Below are positions 21,285-32,330 of a stretch of DNA of 34,187 nucleotides, piece after piece (within the stretch, counting starts at the first letter, position 1; each line of letters starts with the position of its first letter). A program made the translations under genes and the position numbers. The notes below the pieces were generated by a model that was not told the origin of the DNA, searched no databases, and saw only the letters and a program-made list of their open reading frames with translations. The stretch covers positions 47,836,166-47,870,352 of the forward strand of contig NC_057728.1 in the NCBI RefSeq assembly GCF_004010195.1, read 5' to 3'. The DNA is from Chiloscyllium plagiosum (taxonomy: Eukaryota).

Positions 21285-24200
21285 GAATTATTTTTCTGCA
21301 TATCCATTTATCTAGACATCTATTCGTGTATATTCCTGTAAGTTCAATGCACTTCAATGTCGGTATATCCCTCGAGGTACGTATCTAACCACTTTCACGA
21401 CAATGCATATCATCCCAGTAGATACGCGTCTTAAAATCAGACAGTCTTTCAAATTCGTGTTGAAAGTTTCTGCAATACAATGGGGAAATCAAGTTCCACC
21501 CCTCGACTGGGAGTAGACTGGAATTTAATTCTATGCAGCTCTGGTGTGATTATATCGTGACATGTGACTGGCGACCTCTCTTTCTGAATTTGAGTGAATG
21601 GGTAATTTAAAGTTCGGCAAGTTCCAATACCTTTTTTCTGGGATGTATCCAAAAGGAGCTGTCCTGTTCCAAGCGAGGAGGTCTGTTTAAAATCTCTGTA
21701 AAAGGATTTTACCAGAGTGGAACTCCTCAGAGAAAACAGTCAATTTGAACTTTCAGAAACAGCTTCGATTAATTAGGCTTCCAAAGTTGAAAAAGATGGC
21801 AGGGGAAAGGGGGGGGTCATTAAAGTGTTCGTTACTACAGTGTTTTTTTCAGGTCCAAATTGAGATGTTAAAGAAATGAAGTTTTACTGATGGAATTAGA
21901 TGGCAGGGTGTCTAAAATAAATAAACATGGCAGTAGGGTCATTGCTAATTAATGAGATCTATCGGCTTCAGCTGGCTGAAGGAACACACATTGGAATCAT
22001 TCCCACCTCTTTCCACGTAGACTTTCAAATTAGCCCAGTCCGTGAAATATCACAGAGTTCAGTGCTTTGTAGACTGAAATGAAAACTTCCGTCGAGACAT
22101 GACAGGGCAAACACTGGTTTGTCGCTCGTTTTGGGAGGGACTTGAACAGTACCTAGATCTCACGGCAAAGGTTGAGACTATTAAGACTTGCTTGTGAGAG
22201 TGATGCGAGATCCCAGAGCCAGGTTCATTTTATTTTGGTTGGAAAACTAAAAGATTTCAAAAGTAACCATTGACATTTGGAGACGGCGCGCGGGCATCTG
22301 TTGCCAATATTGTTCAATGAGTAAAGGCAGCCCTCTCTGAACTGTTACTAAAAAGACATTATAATTGGGGTATCCACCCATTGTAATTAACAATTAAAAG
22401 ATTCCCTTTGAAACAACATTGGACGTATTCTTTACAATTGCAGTAGCAGAATTTATCAACCCGTAGTTAGTATTGATTATAAATTCAAAACAAACAGGTA
22501 GGCAATGCTGCACGTCTAACCTGAGCCACCCAATCGAAGTGTTCGTCTGGTACAAGAAGCTGTTTTAAATCTATGCCTTAGACAAGGTATTTTACAACCT
22601 CAAAACTTTAACATTAAAAAGGAAACCAAGTTCAAAAATTCACCTCTCCGCCTCCCCCACAAACACTGGCTGATACATTAGAACACCCTCACAACTGAAA
22701 TTGGGGGCAGTGCAGAAATTCAATTACACTCATCCTGTTTCTAGCGATTTCAGTAAAGTGTCAGACAATGCTTGTCACTCAGGCAAAGTGAAATCTGCTT
22801 TGCACTGAAACACATTAAACTTTTAAAACCAAAAAAAAAAATCACACTTAATAACGCTTTTTTAGCCCGGAGCCAATGTAGCAGTAATGATTTCCAACAA
22901 TTTGACGCTTTTTCCATTCCCAACTGCGTAAAGAACTTAAAACATCCCCAAATTATTCCGAAATATCTCACTCTGTCAAAGCATGTAGCCCTTGATTCGC
23001 CATCACAGCAAAGCACTTCAATAAGAAGCACACCGAATGCAAGTTTAAGTTTCTTTTTGGCTTTACTGATGAGAAATTATAACAACCAGGTGTTGAATGC
23101 TGTACTAGTCAGCTTCAATCCCCTGCTGTTAAGGGACATTTTCACAGTTTATCAGTTAATACAGCTAAAAGAGGTGACTTTTCCCTACAGGTTGACTGAT
23201 GCCCTTTGCTTTCAATGGTTTATTCCTCCTAATTATAAGGTTTCTGTAGAGCAAGATTTGCACCGGGTATAACGTTACTAGGATTAGCCATTAGTTTGTA
23301 TGTGCGTCTGTGTTTTTGGAGATGTAATTTGTGCTCACCGGAGATGACACAACTGAATTTCAAGACGGGGGTCCGGCTTCAGGAAATGGATTGACAACGA
23401 CCAGGAAGGAGGTAGGTGCTTGTCTGGTATTGGAATGAATTCCTGGGGTTTGGACAATGGAAAAGTCCTGCAGCATTGTGGAGAATGTTTACAGACACAA
23501 AGTCTAACTTGCCTTTACAAATCGTCAAAGAACTCCTGTGTTTTCACATGGCTTGAAGTACTGACATCACCTGGTGTGGCTCATTAACGACAGAAATTAG
23601 AAATTTAACCTCGACTGATATCTCCAAAGTCGAGCTGAAGTAGGGGCCTCCCTGAATTATGAAATAAGTTGTATCTCAAACAGCCACACACTGAAATGCT
23701 TTCTGGTTAAAATTGTTCAAAAATATTTGGTAGATATTCTAGCCATGACCGGCTCTGGCTTTGTAAATTTGATGTGATTTAAATCAATACTAGTTTTTGG
23801 CGTCTTTAGTAACATCCCAAATATATCTCAGTTTAGGATCAATGTATTCTTTAAACCATTAAGCAGATAGATAATATTGTGTTAATAAATCCCAGCAATA
23901 TTTCTAGCATCATAATAACGTTTGGTAAGCTAAATCAAGATTCATTAAAGGTACACAACAGAAATGCTACCTCCTGCTTAGTCCTATTCTAAGAACTGTA
24001 ATATTTGCCAAGTTTGCATCACTCCCTCAGACAACATAGACTGAGCTAGTTACGATAAGTGAAATATCACAATATTATTCTTTCCTTAATTAGGAAGCTT
24101 ATACGAGTTATTTACACACTAATTGTGAAGAATAGTATGGATAATGATATTACTTGTTCAAGTGTCACTGAAATGTACAGGTGGTTTGCTGAATTAATCT

Positions 24201-24734
24201 GATCTGGGAATAGTGAAACTTTGAGATGTGGAATTGCCAATTAATCTCTCTTGCCTCAGTACTTAATCATTGTGTGTACTATATTCTGTAAGCCCACTCT
24301 TAGAACTTTAATGCTAGCATGTTTTTGAAGCTACAGGAATGATATATATGGCACTGTTGGATAACTCAGCTGATTTAATAAAGTAGTTGATACTAAGAAA
24401 GAAGTCATCTGCTGTAATAGCGAATAAACTGGTCTTCAAAAATAATGAGGCTGGAGTGGTTCTTTTGTGCTGACTTGGCTGATGCTCCTATCTTGCGTTG
24501 TATATCTATGTCGTATATTCTATATTTACATTGATTTCTGGTCAATGAACTGCCACATATACAAGCTTGCTTGTTCTTGCAATGCCATTGTGACCTTAAT
24601 GTAATTGGGTATGGATATTTTAAGGAAACATTTTTGGTATGAATTTTTCTCTGCCTTTGAGAATGATTCCACTTGAAATGCCAAATTCATCACATTACAG
24701 GAAAAAATATTTTGAAGCCTTACATTGTATCAGG

Positions 24735-24826
24735 TTAAAAATCACATAACATCAGGTTATAATCCAACAGGTTTAATTGGAAGCACTAGCTTTTGGAGCG
24801 ACGCTCCTTCATCGGCTGGTTGTCTG
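24735..24826 (-). mobile_element. 92-bp Penelope pLTR mini-insertion (family B), 13-bp TSD
   Basis: The TSD ACATTGTATCAGG lies at 24722-24734 and 24827-24839. The minus strand has CCGATGAAGGAGCGTCGCTCCAAAAGCTAGTG, a mutated hammerhead. Confidence 0.88.
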
Positions 24827-25504
24827 ACATTGTATCAGGGCATCCATTTCTGATTACTTTGCCTTGAGGGTAGTTGTCACTGGAAGTTCCTCTCTGGAAC
24901 TCATTACATATTATTTTCTATCCAAGTTAATATATATATACATCAATTATCTCCACTTGGACATCCAGGGATAATTTTCTGTCATCTTGGCACTGCATAA
25001 CCAGCTGATAGTGAGATGTAACCATGTATTTCCATTGCTGTTCTTGAATAGACTCAAAAGAGTCACGTATACTTTGATTATCCCATATTGGCAGTTCATT
25101 GAATTGTTTATCACCTTGGTCCAGAGTTCACTCCATGTTGGTTGTCCTGCTATCATTAGCCTATTATTGTCAACAATGTAGAAGAATTGGGACAACCATG
25201 CAGAACTCCCTTATCTGCACTTGAACACGAATACTCTCATGCAATATATGGTGAGTGAAATCCTTGTTTCAACAGGTGCATGTTTTTCAGTATGCACAGT
25301 GGTAAAGTGTTAGAGCTTGCCCAGTATTTATCTTCAGTTTTGGATGTATGTGCCACTTTTATTAGGACATGTGAAGTTAACAGTAATTAAAATTTCCAGT
25401 GTGTGGTAGCAATGCTGTGACTGTCAGAGTGTGGAAAGTTTATTCACTTCTGAGCTTAAGTTTTCTCTTACAGTGTGCTCTCTTTGCTGAGTCTCACTGA
25501 CTCA

Positions 25505-25597
25505 GACCAGGGGACACTGGACTTGAAACATAACTCTGTCTTCTCTCTGTCGATGCTGCCAAATCTGCTGAGTTTCTTCAGCAATTTCTATTTTTGT
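25505..25597 (+). mobile_element. Family C pLTR remnant hosting the insertion at 25598
   Basis: GGACACTGGACTTGAAACATAACTCTG..GATGCTGCCAAATCTGCTGAGTTTCTTCAGCAATTTC is homologous to 15195-15276. Confidence 0.65.
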
Positions 25598-27172
25598 GAG
25601 GATGAGCACCTTGCCAAGACCTTCCCCACACCTCCTTTGCTTGCCTTTAAACAACCGCCAAACCTCAAACAGATCATTGTTCATAGCAAACTGCCCGGCC
25701 CAACTCCATACAACTCTGTCACAGTAGGCGCTGCAAGACGTTTCAGAGTGTGGACATGGGCACCAACATTACATCATGGGGATACCTCATACCATGTATG
25801 TGGCAGGTACTCATGTGACTCAGCCAACGTTGTCTATCTCATACGCTACAGGCAAGGATGCCGAGGCGAAACCGAGCAAAGGCTACGGCAATGGATGAAT
25901 GGGCACCGCACAACAATCAACAGACAGGAGTGTTCCCTCTCAGTTGGGAAACACTTCAGCGATTCAGGACATAAGACCTTGGACCTTCAGTTGACCATCC
26001 TCCAAGGCGTACTTCTGGACAGGCAGCAGCGAAAAGTGGCCAAGTAGAGGCTGATAGCTAAGTTCCGTACCAATAGGGAGGGCCTCAACTGGGACCTTGG
26101 GTTCATGTGAAACTAATGGTGACCACAATTGCACTATACAGACACATACACAGACACTCACACACACGCCTACAGACACACACACTCCAACACTCGCACA
26201 TGTATCCTCTCACAGATTTAGACCACTTTACACGTATATACACTCTCACAGACACACTCAACCCCCCACCCCTGACACACTTTTACACACACATGCATCT
26301 TCTCGTAGACTTAGACACTTTACACTCTCACACACACACATATATATACACTCTCTCTTGCACTCACAACTCCCCACCCTAGGCAGACACACACACGCAC
26401 TCCTATACACCCACAGACACACGATATACAGATACTCACATGGACACTCTCACACACTCCCACACTCACTCATGCATCCTCTCACAGACTTAAACACTTT
26501 GCACTCTTACACACACACATATACATTCTCTCACAGACACTCATAACCGCCCACCCCAGACACACACACACTTTCTCACATACACGCATGCATCCTCTCA
26601 CAGAGTTAGACACTTTGCACTCACACACATACACTCTCTCTCACCCTCATAACCCCCCACCCCAGACACAGATACACACACATACGTTTGTGGGGTGAAT
26701 TTGTACTTGCAGAGTTACATTGTACTTTGCTCAAAAACTGCATGAATCTGTTAACTCACTTTTTAGATTAGAATCAGTCTAAACATTATGGCATAGACAG
26801 GGAACACAGGGGGCTAACACCTTCAACATCTTATCTGGCTGACACCAATTGTTACAGTTAACCTGAGAATGTAACTTTTTAAAAAGTTTTGTGATTTACA
26901 TGTGGAAGAAACAAAACTATCATGATCATTCTAACAGATGAGAGACTCAACAAACAATCAAGGTATTTTTCAATGTATAATTTCAGTTACATCACGCTGT
27001 AAACTTTTGCCATAAATTCTGTGTCTTACAATTGTGTCCTCCACAACCACTTGATGAAGGAGCAGCGCTCTGAAAGCTAGTGCTTCCCATTAAACCTGTT
27101 GGACTATAACCTGGTGCTGTGTGATTTTTAACTTTGTACACCCCAGTCCAACACCGGCATCTCCCAATCATG
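25598..27172 (+). mobile_element. 5'-truncated Penelope-like element (family B): degenerate GIY-YIG ORF, CA-rich 3' UTR, pLTR with hammerhead motif
   Basis: Encodes PPLLAFKQPPNLKQIIV...CDSANVVYLIR...GETEQRLRQWMNGHR...VGKHFS...EGLN. The hammerhead TTGATGAAGGAGCAGCGCTCTGAAAGCTA lies at 27051-27079. A possible TSD TTTTTGT lies at 25591-25597 and 27173-27179. Confidence 0.88.
26130..26685 (+). repeat. CA-rich minisatellite inside the Penelope 3' UTR
   Basis: The unit CATGCATCCTCTCACAGACTTAGACACTTT(A/G)CACTC recurs near 26199, 26292, 26471 and 26588 among (CA)n runs. Confidence 0.85.
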
Positions 27173-27297
27173 TTTTTGTTCCAGTTGCGAAGCTGAGGCA
27201 TTAGGTAAAAACAATGACTGCAGATGCTGGAAACCAGATTCTGGATTAGTGGTGCTGGAAGAGCACAGCAATTCAGGCAGCATCCGAGGACAGGCAA

Positions 27298-27333
27298 AAT
27301 CGACGTTTCGGGCAAAAGCCCTTCATCAGGAAT
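27298..27333 (-). ncRNA. Minimal type I hammerhead ribozyme motif in the 3' pLTR (intact core)
   Basis: CUGAUGA(27329-27323)-A-GGGC(UUUU)GCCC-GAAA-CG-UC^. It is on the same strand as the element ORF, with predicted cleavage after 27302. Confidence 0.78.
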
Positions 27334-27389
27334 AAAGGCAGAGAGCCTGAAGCATGGAGAGATAAGCTAGAGGAGGGTGGGAGTGGGGA

Positions 27390-27416
27390 NNNNNNNNNNN
27401 NNNNNNNNNNNNNNNN
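27390..27416. other. Assembly gap (N run)
   Basis: 27 N bases. Confidence 0.99.
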
Positions 27417-28424
27417 AAAAGGAGATAGGCAGGTAGGACAAGTCCGGACAAGTCATGGGGACAGTGCTGAGCTGGAAGTTTGGAATTAGGATGAGGTGGG
27501 GGAAGGGGAAATGAGGAAACTGTTAAAATCCACATTGATGCCCTGGGGTTGAAGTGTTCCGTGGCGGAAGATGAGGCGTTCTTCCTCCAGGCGTCTGGTG
27601 GTGAGGGAGCGGCGGTGGAGGAGGCCCAGCACCTCCATATCCTCGGCAGAGTGGGAGGGGGAGTTGAAATGTTGAGCCACTGGGCGATTTGGTTGTTTGG
27701 TGCGGGTGTCTCGGAGATGTTCCCTAAAGCGCTCTGCTAGGAGGCGTCCAGTCTCCCCAATGTAGAGGAGACCGCATCGGGAGCAACGGATGCAATAGAT
27801 GATATTAGTGGATGTGCAGGTAAAACTTTGATGGATGTGGAAAGCTCCTTTGGGGCCTTGGATGGAGGTGAGGGAGGAGGTGTGGGCGCAGGTTTTACAG
27901 TTCCTGCGGTGGCAGGGGAAAGTGCCAGGATGGGAGGGTGGGTCGTAGGGGGGCGTGGACCTGACCAGGTAGTCACGGAGGGAACGGTCTTTGCGGAAGG
28001 CGGAGAGGGGTGGGGAGGGAAATATATCCCTGGTGGTGGGGTCTGTTTGGAGGTGGCGGAAATGTCGGCGGATGATTTGGTTTATGCGAAGGTTGGTAGG
28101 GTGGAAGGTGAGCACCAGGGGCGTTCTTTTCGCAACAAGGACAGAACAAGGACAGGTTATGAGGGCTTTTGCCCGAAACGTCGATTTTGCCTGTCCTCGG
28201 ATGCTGCCTGAATTGCTGTGCTCTTCCAGCACCACTAATCCAGAAGCTGAGGCATTAGACCACACTTGCCATGTACTTTATCCTGTTCCAAGTACTTGTA
28301 TGCACTGCCTGCTCACAGCTGTGGTTCATATTTTCTGTTATCTTTGAGGAGACTACCAATGTCTGGCCTTTCCCCTTAACAAGTAGATTCTTTTGGAAAC
28401 AAAATACTCATACTGTTTCCAACA

Positions 28425-28535
28425 GGACATACTGGGAATGCTCAGAAAGTCAGGCAGCATCTGTGGAGATTAACAGATTAACCATTAACTCTGGTCCTCC
28501 TCAGAGATGATGCCTGACCTCAGTTTTCCAGATCT
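28425..28535. mobile_element. Decayed fold-back family C pLTR remnant
   Basis: Inverted pair GTCAGGCAGCATCTGTGGAG / CTCAGAGATGATGCCTGAC. Confidence 0.55.
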
Positions 28536-29904
28536 TTTTGAAATTGTGAACATTAGAATCAATGCAATATTAGCTCCAAGATTCGATCAGTTCTTCTGGG
28601 AAATTGCAACCTTTGCCTTCAAAAACTGGTCAATTGTTTCTTTTACGCTTTTATTCTTAGGTTCAAGTTAGTGGATTCTAAATTTGATCTTGACTCTTAG
28701 GTGACCTTCCAGCATTGTGCAAAGTTTGGATTGCTCTTTCGAGTCTGCTTCTGGCAGTCCAACAGCTTTACTGTGATGAGGATTTTCATTGCCAATTGCT
28801 ATCTTTATTTCGATTGAATGCTTGTTGGATCCTGTGACTGCAAGGTATAAAAATCATAATTCCATATGCAGTTGAAATATTGGAATTCATAAGGATGTTA
28901 TGACCTTTCAGTTCATAGCCTGATGTTTGTTGCTATGAATCATTATTTCTTGCTTCTAAGAATTCACTTTCCCAGGGCTTCTCCCTTTAAACTATATTTT
29001 CTTTAACAACTTTTCTTTGAGGAAAGACAATGCCTGCAACACTGGACTTCTTCCATAACCTGAGCTCTGTGGTTGCAGTACAGACTCTCGGTATCTCCGT
29101 GGGAATCTCTTCCCAAGCAACTCTGTTCAGTCAGAAAACATAATGGCTTTGCAGAGTTGCAGCCTGATTTAGATTGATATTTTAGAGACTGATTAATTGT
29201 ACTAGAACGCTTTTATTCTTTCTGGTTCATTGCCATTCCACAAAAAGTCCCAATTGAAATACCTACTCTTTTGGAACATTGATTTTTGAGGGTAATATTT
29301 GCATCCACTACTAAATCACATTGCTATTGCTTCTTCTAATTGCTTTCAAAGTAGTCACACACTTAACATTTGGCTTCTCCTGCTGTCCAGGATGTTGCAC
29401 ATGTGATCTCTATCACTGTGTTAGAACATCCCTGCTAACATGTTATGCACATCTGCATTACTGTCACCATCTGGTGTTATTGTTTTTAACTCAAAGGTAC
29501 TAAACACTGTAATAATGATTGTGTAAACTAATTGAAGACTTAAGTTTGCTGTATGCATACACCAGCTGACTGAAACATGTTCAAGTAATGGATTGCATGC
29601 TGATGTTCATCAATTCCTGTGATATATCATAAACTATTTACATGTTCAGTCATATGGTATTCAGTATTGAAATAATTAACAGAATATTTCAACAGATAGT
29701 ACTTCACAATTAACAGTAAAATCTTGATTAATTATCCACTAATATTGGAGCCATTCTAAAGCTTACAGTCAACAAAGGGTTAAAGTACAGATGGCAGAAG
29801 AGAGTGATGGCAACTCACCTTTTCTTGCTCATGGGAAGCGGCAATTGCTGGTTTTGCTGACATTTTCAACTCCTTCATAATTGCCAAGAAGCCATTTTAC
29901 TGTC

Positions 29905-30135
29905 AACTACATTTGTGTGGGTCTGGAATCACATGGAGACTAGACCAGGATGGTAAATTTCCTTCCCGAAAGAACATTAGTGAACTAGGTAGGTTTGTAC
30001 AGCAATTGACATGGTTATATCATTATTAGGCTAGGTTTTAGTTCTAGATTGTTACTGAATTAAAATTTCACCACAGAGAACAAGTCTCATGCCTCAGAAC
30101 AAGTCTGGAGTTTTGAATTATTAGTCCAGTGATTT
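29905..30135 (-). mobile_element. Old SINE or LINE-5' region remnant
   Basis: GTCAACTACATTTGTGTGGGTCTGGAATCACATGGAGACTAGA is homologous to 17790-17835. Confidence 0.55.
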
Positions 30136-30559
30136 TCCCATTTATTCCAGTTGCATTATGTTAAGTATATTTGGAAAATGACTACCTAGGAAGTATTTGT
30201 CACAAATTGCTGGGAAAGTAACAAGAAGTTCTAATCCAGTATATTTTGTAGTACAGCAGGAAAAACATCAGGTAAGCCCATACTTCATGAGCCAGCCAGA
30301 GTTTAGACCCAGGCAAATAAAACTGGAGTTATATATTTGATTTGCACAGAAATGAAAACAAGAGTACAATCAAGGATAGAAATTAGTCAGGGAGAGCAAA
30401 AGCAAAAAAAAATCTATAGTATCTCACATATTAATTTTCTTACAAAGGAATGATAAATCCATTAAAAAAACTATCAGAACCAGAGAGACTGTTCAGCAAT
30501 AATTACTCTTTATCATGCCATTAAAATCTCAGTTACTTTTGAATAAGCTAGATTGACTG

Positions 30560-30999
30560 AGAAGTAGTGAGCAGTCTGCAAGAAAATAAACAACTTGTGA
30601 GGTCTTGGTTTTTTTAAAAATTTGAACAATAGAAGCACCCTGAATGGATGTGGCTGACCTTCCACAGAACCAGGGATCTTAGGTTTAGATTTCAGCAGTT
30701 GCTGTCGCGTCTTTAAAAGATGGAAGTTATTTTTACCCTCTCTTGGTTACAACCAAAAGTTGGGGATTCTTTGCCTGCTTCTGGAGATGCATGTGAGATA
30801 ATCTGTTTTCTAAATTTGTCTTTTGCCAAAAGTGTTTTTATGGCATGTTAGTATATTGGAACAGTAAGTGTCTTTGCTTTAAATCTGGTAGTTTGACCAA
30901 TTGAATTGCATCTGGAACTTAGATTTACTTTTAAAATAAGAAAAAGGTAGAATCTAGACTTTCTTAATATTTTGAAGGGGTTTGATCTGGCCCACAACA
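30560..30999 (+). mobile_element. Probable LTR fragment (solo-LTR-like)
   Basis: Ends ...GGGGTTTGATCTGGCCCACAACA. A related terminus occurs in inverted orientation at 32378. The left boundary is uncertain. Confidence 0.4.
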
Positions 31000-31421
31000 A
31001 AATTTTAAAGCCATTTTTAGTACAGTATTTATGGTTAAGTGCAGCAGGTTCTTGCTGCTGCATTTGTTTAATTGCTGAGTCTGTTGGTGAGGACTGGAGC
31101 AGCACCTCTTTGGTTGAGGACCAGGATTTCTCTGACAGCAACCTCTGAATTTCTGCATTCAAATGTGCAAGTGGGGACATCAGAAGATGCTGTGAGATTC
31201 TCTCCAGTGTAACATCAGTGCTGAAAGCCTCACTCTTATTCTCATGGTAAATTCTGGAAGAATGTAAATTTCTATAACTTAACAGCAGAAGTTTCACTGA
31301 AAAGATGCATTAAGTTATTTTAGCATTTAACCGAAATGAATTCAAATTCTCACCTTAATCAATATCACAGACTGGAATGAAATCTCAAGGTGAAGATTAT
31401 TTTAGAAAGAAGCAACCATGG

Positions 31422-32330
31422 TGTATGTATATGTAGTTAGTGGTGCTGTTGGTCGGGTGATCCGGAGGACAGAGATTGGGAGCAGTCTAGAACCAGCGAT
31501 AGAGGTGTGAGCACCATCAATAAAGTGTTCCTATTCAGATTGACCATTTATCCACTGGGTATATAATTCCTTGTTCCAAAGCAAGTACCAACATAACAAC
31601 TGGCAATGAAATTGGCACTTGGCCCATGAACTGTATTATAAACGGTGCTTTGTTTTTGTCCAGAGGAGATGTCGTCCTGACTTTGGAAATGGCATGGGAT
31701 TAAGGAGGTAACATCAAGGGGAACGGACACGAGGGGACTTATGCCATGGTCGATGCTCGGAAAGCAGGTACTCACTGGGGAGGAGGCCAAGAAAGTAGTT
31801 GTGAGAGATGTCTGACCAATGGCTAAAGAGGAGAGTACACACCAAGATCTAATGAAGTCGTAGTGGAGAGTTATCACGAGGGGACACAGGCTGCAAATGG
31901 CTATTACACTCGAGTGGTGGGAAAGTCCCTATCAGCGGAAAAACAAAATGTCAGGCAGAATTGGACTGATGGGACTGTTTGATGAAGAGACAGAGAAACC
32001 TATAGAGAAGGTGTTCCAAAAGCAATGTGAAGTGCTAGGAAATTGTACCCAAGCCACTGGTATGGAAATTGTACCCAAGCCACCCAAGTCATGGAATATT
32101 TCTATTTTCATAAATGGGTAAAGGAGAGTCCATTATCAAATTTGTGGCCAGTTTAAAGAGATGCATAGAACATTGCGAATTCGGAAAGCTGCCTTGTGGA
32201 TCCAACTGAAAGGGAGAGGCATCACTTTTGTATGTACATTACAGCCTGGAAGCCGTCACCTGCACTGAACAGTGGGTCATCTTGGGCTTGGTATCAAGGA
32301 GTGCTTGATAAAGGAGAAACCTGGATTTAA
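31422..32330 (+). mobile_element. Decayed Ty3/Gypsy LTR retrotransposon (5' LTR, PBS-like site, gag remnant)
   Basis: TGT...AATAAA(31519)...ATAACA(31598), followed by ac-TGGCAATGA (PBS-like). Gag-like peptides are MSGRIGLMGLFDEETE, VPKPLV, EYFYFHKW and GESIIKFVASLKRCIEHCEFG. The right boundary is approximate. Confidence 0.7.

Larger units (their letters stand above)
27205..28242 (-). mobile_element. Young 5'-truncated Penelope-like element (Neptune-like) with inverted pLTR at the 5' junction, 16-bp TSD
   Basis: An open frame at 27486-28128 contains the Cys linker CHRRNCKTC and GIY-YIG IYCIRCSRCGLLYIGETGR..FREH..HF..EE..GIN. An 84-bp inverted repeat lies at 27239-27322 and 28162-28245. The TSD GAAGCTGAGGCATTAG lies at 27189-27204 and 28243-28258. 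Confidence 0.95.

Noticed and set aside
21796..21860. ATGGCAGGG... (MAGERGGSLKCSLLQCFFQ), and MAGCLK* at 21900, as a possible TSPAN8 first coding exon (the expected upstream neighbour)
   Set aside because: It lacks the KY..F.FN..FW motif and a good splice donor, and the second frame stops after six codons.
22772..23272. 166-aa ORF (also 30848-31297 and 1484-1819)
   Set aside because: No recognisable domain or exon structure; consistent with chance ORFs.
26097..26546. His/Thr-rich ORFs
   Set aside because: Translation artefacts of the CA-rich minisatellite.
27486..28265. 259-aa ORF as a functional or domesticated gene
   Set aside because: Its N-terminus is read through the TSD and inverted pLTR from a non-native start, and the RT domain is missing. 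It is a truncated insertion.
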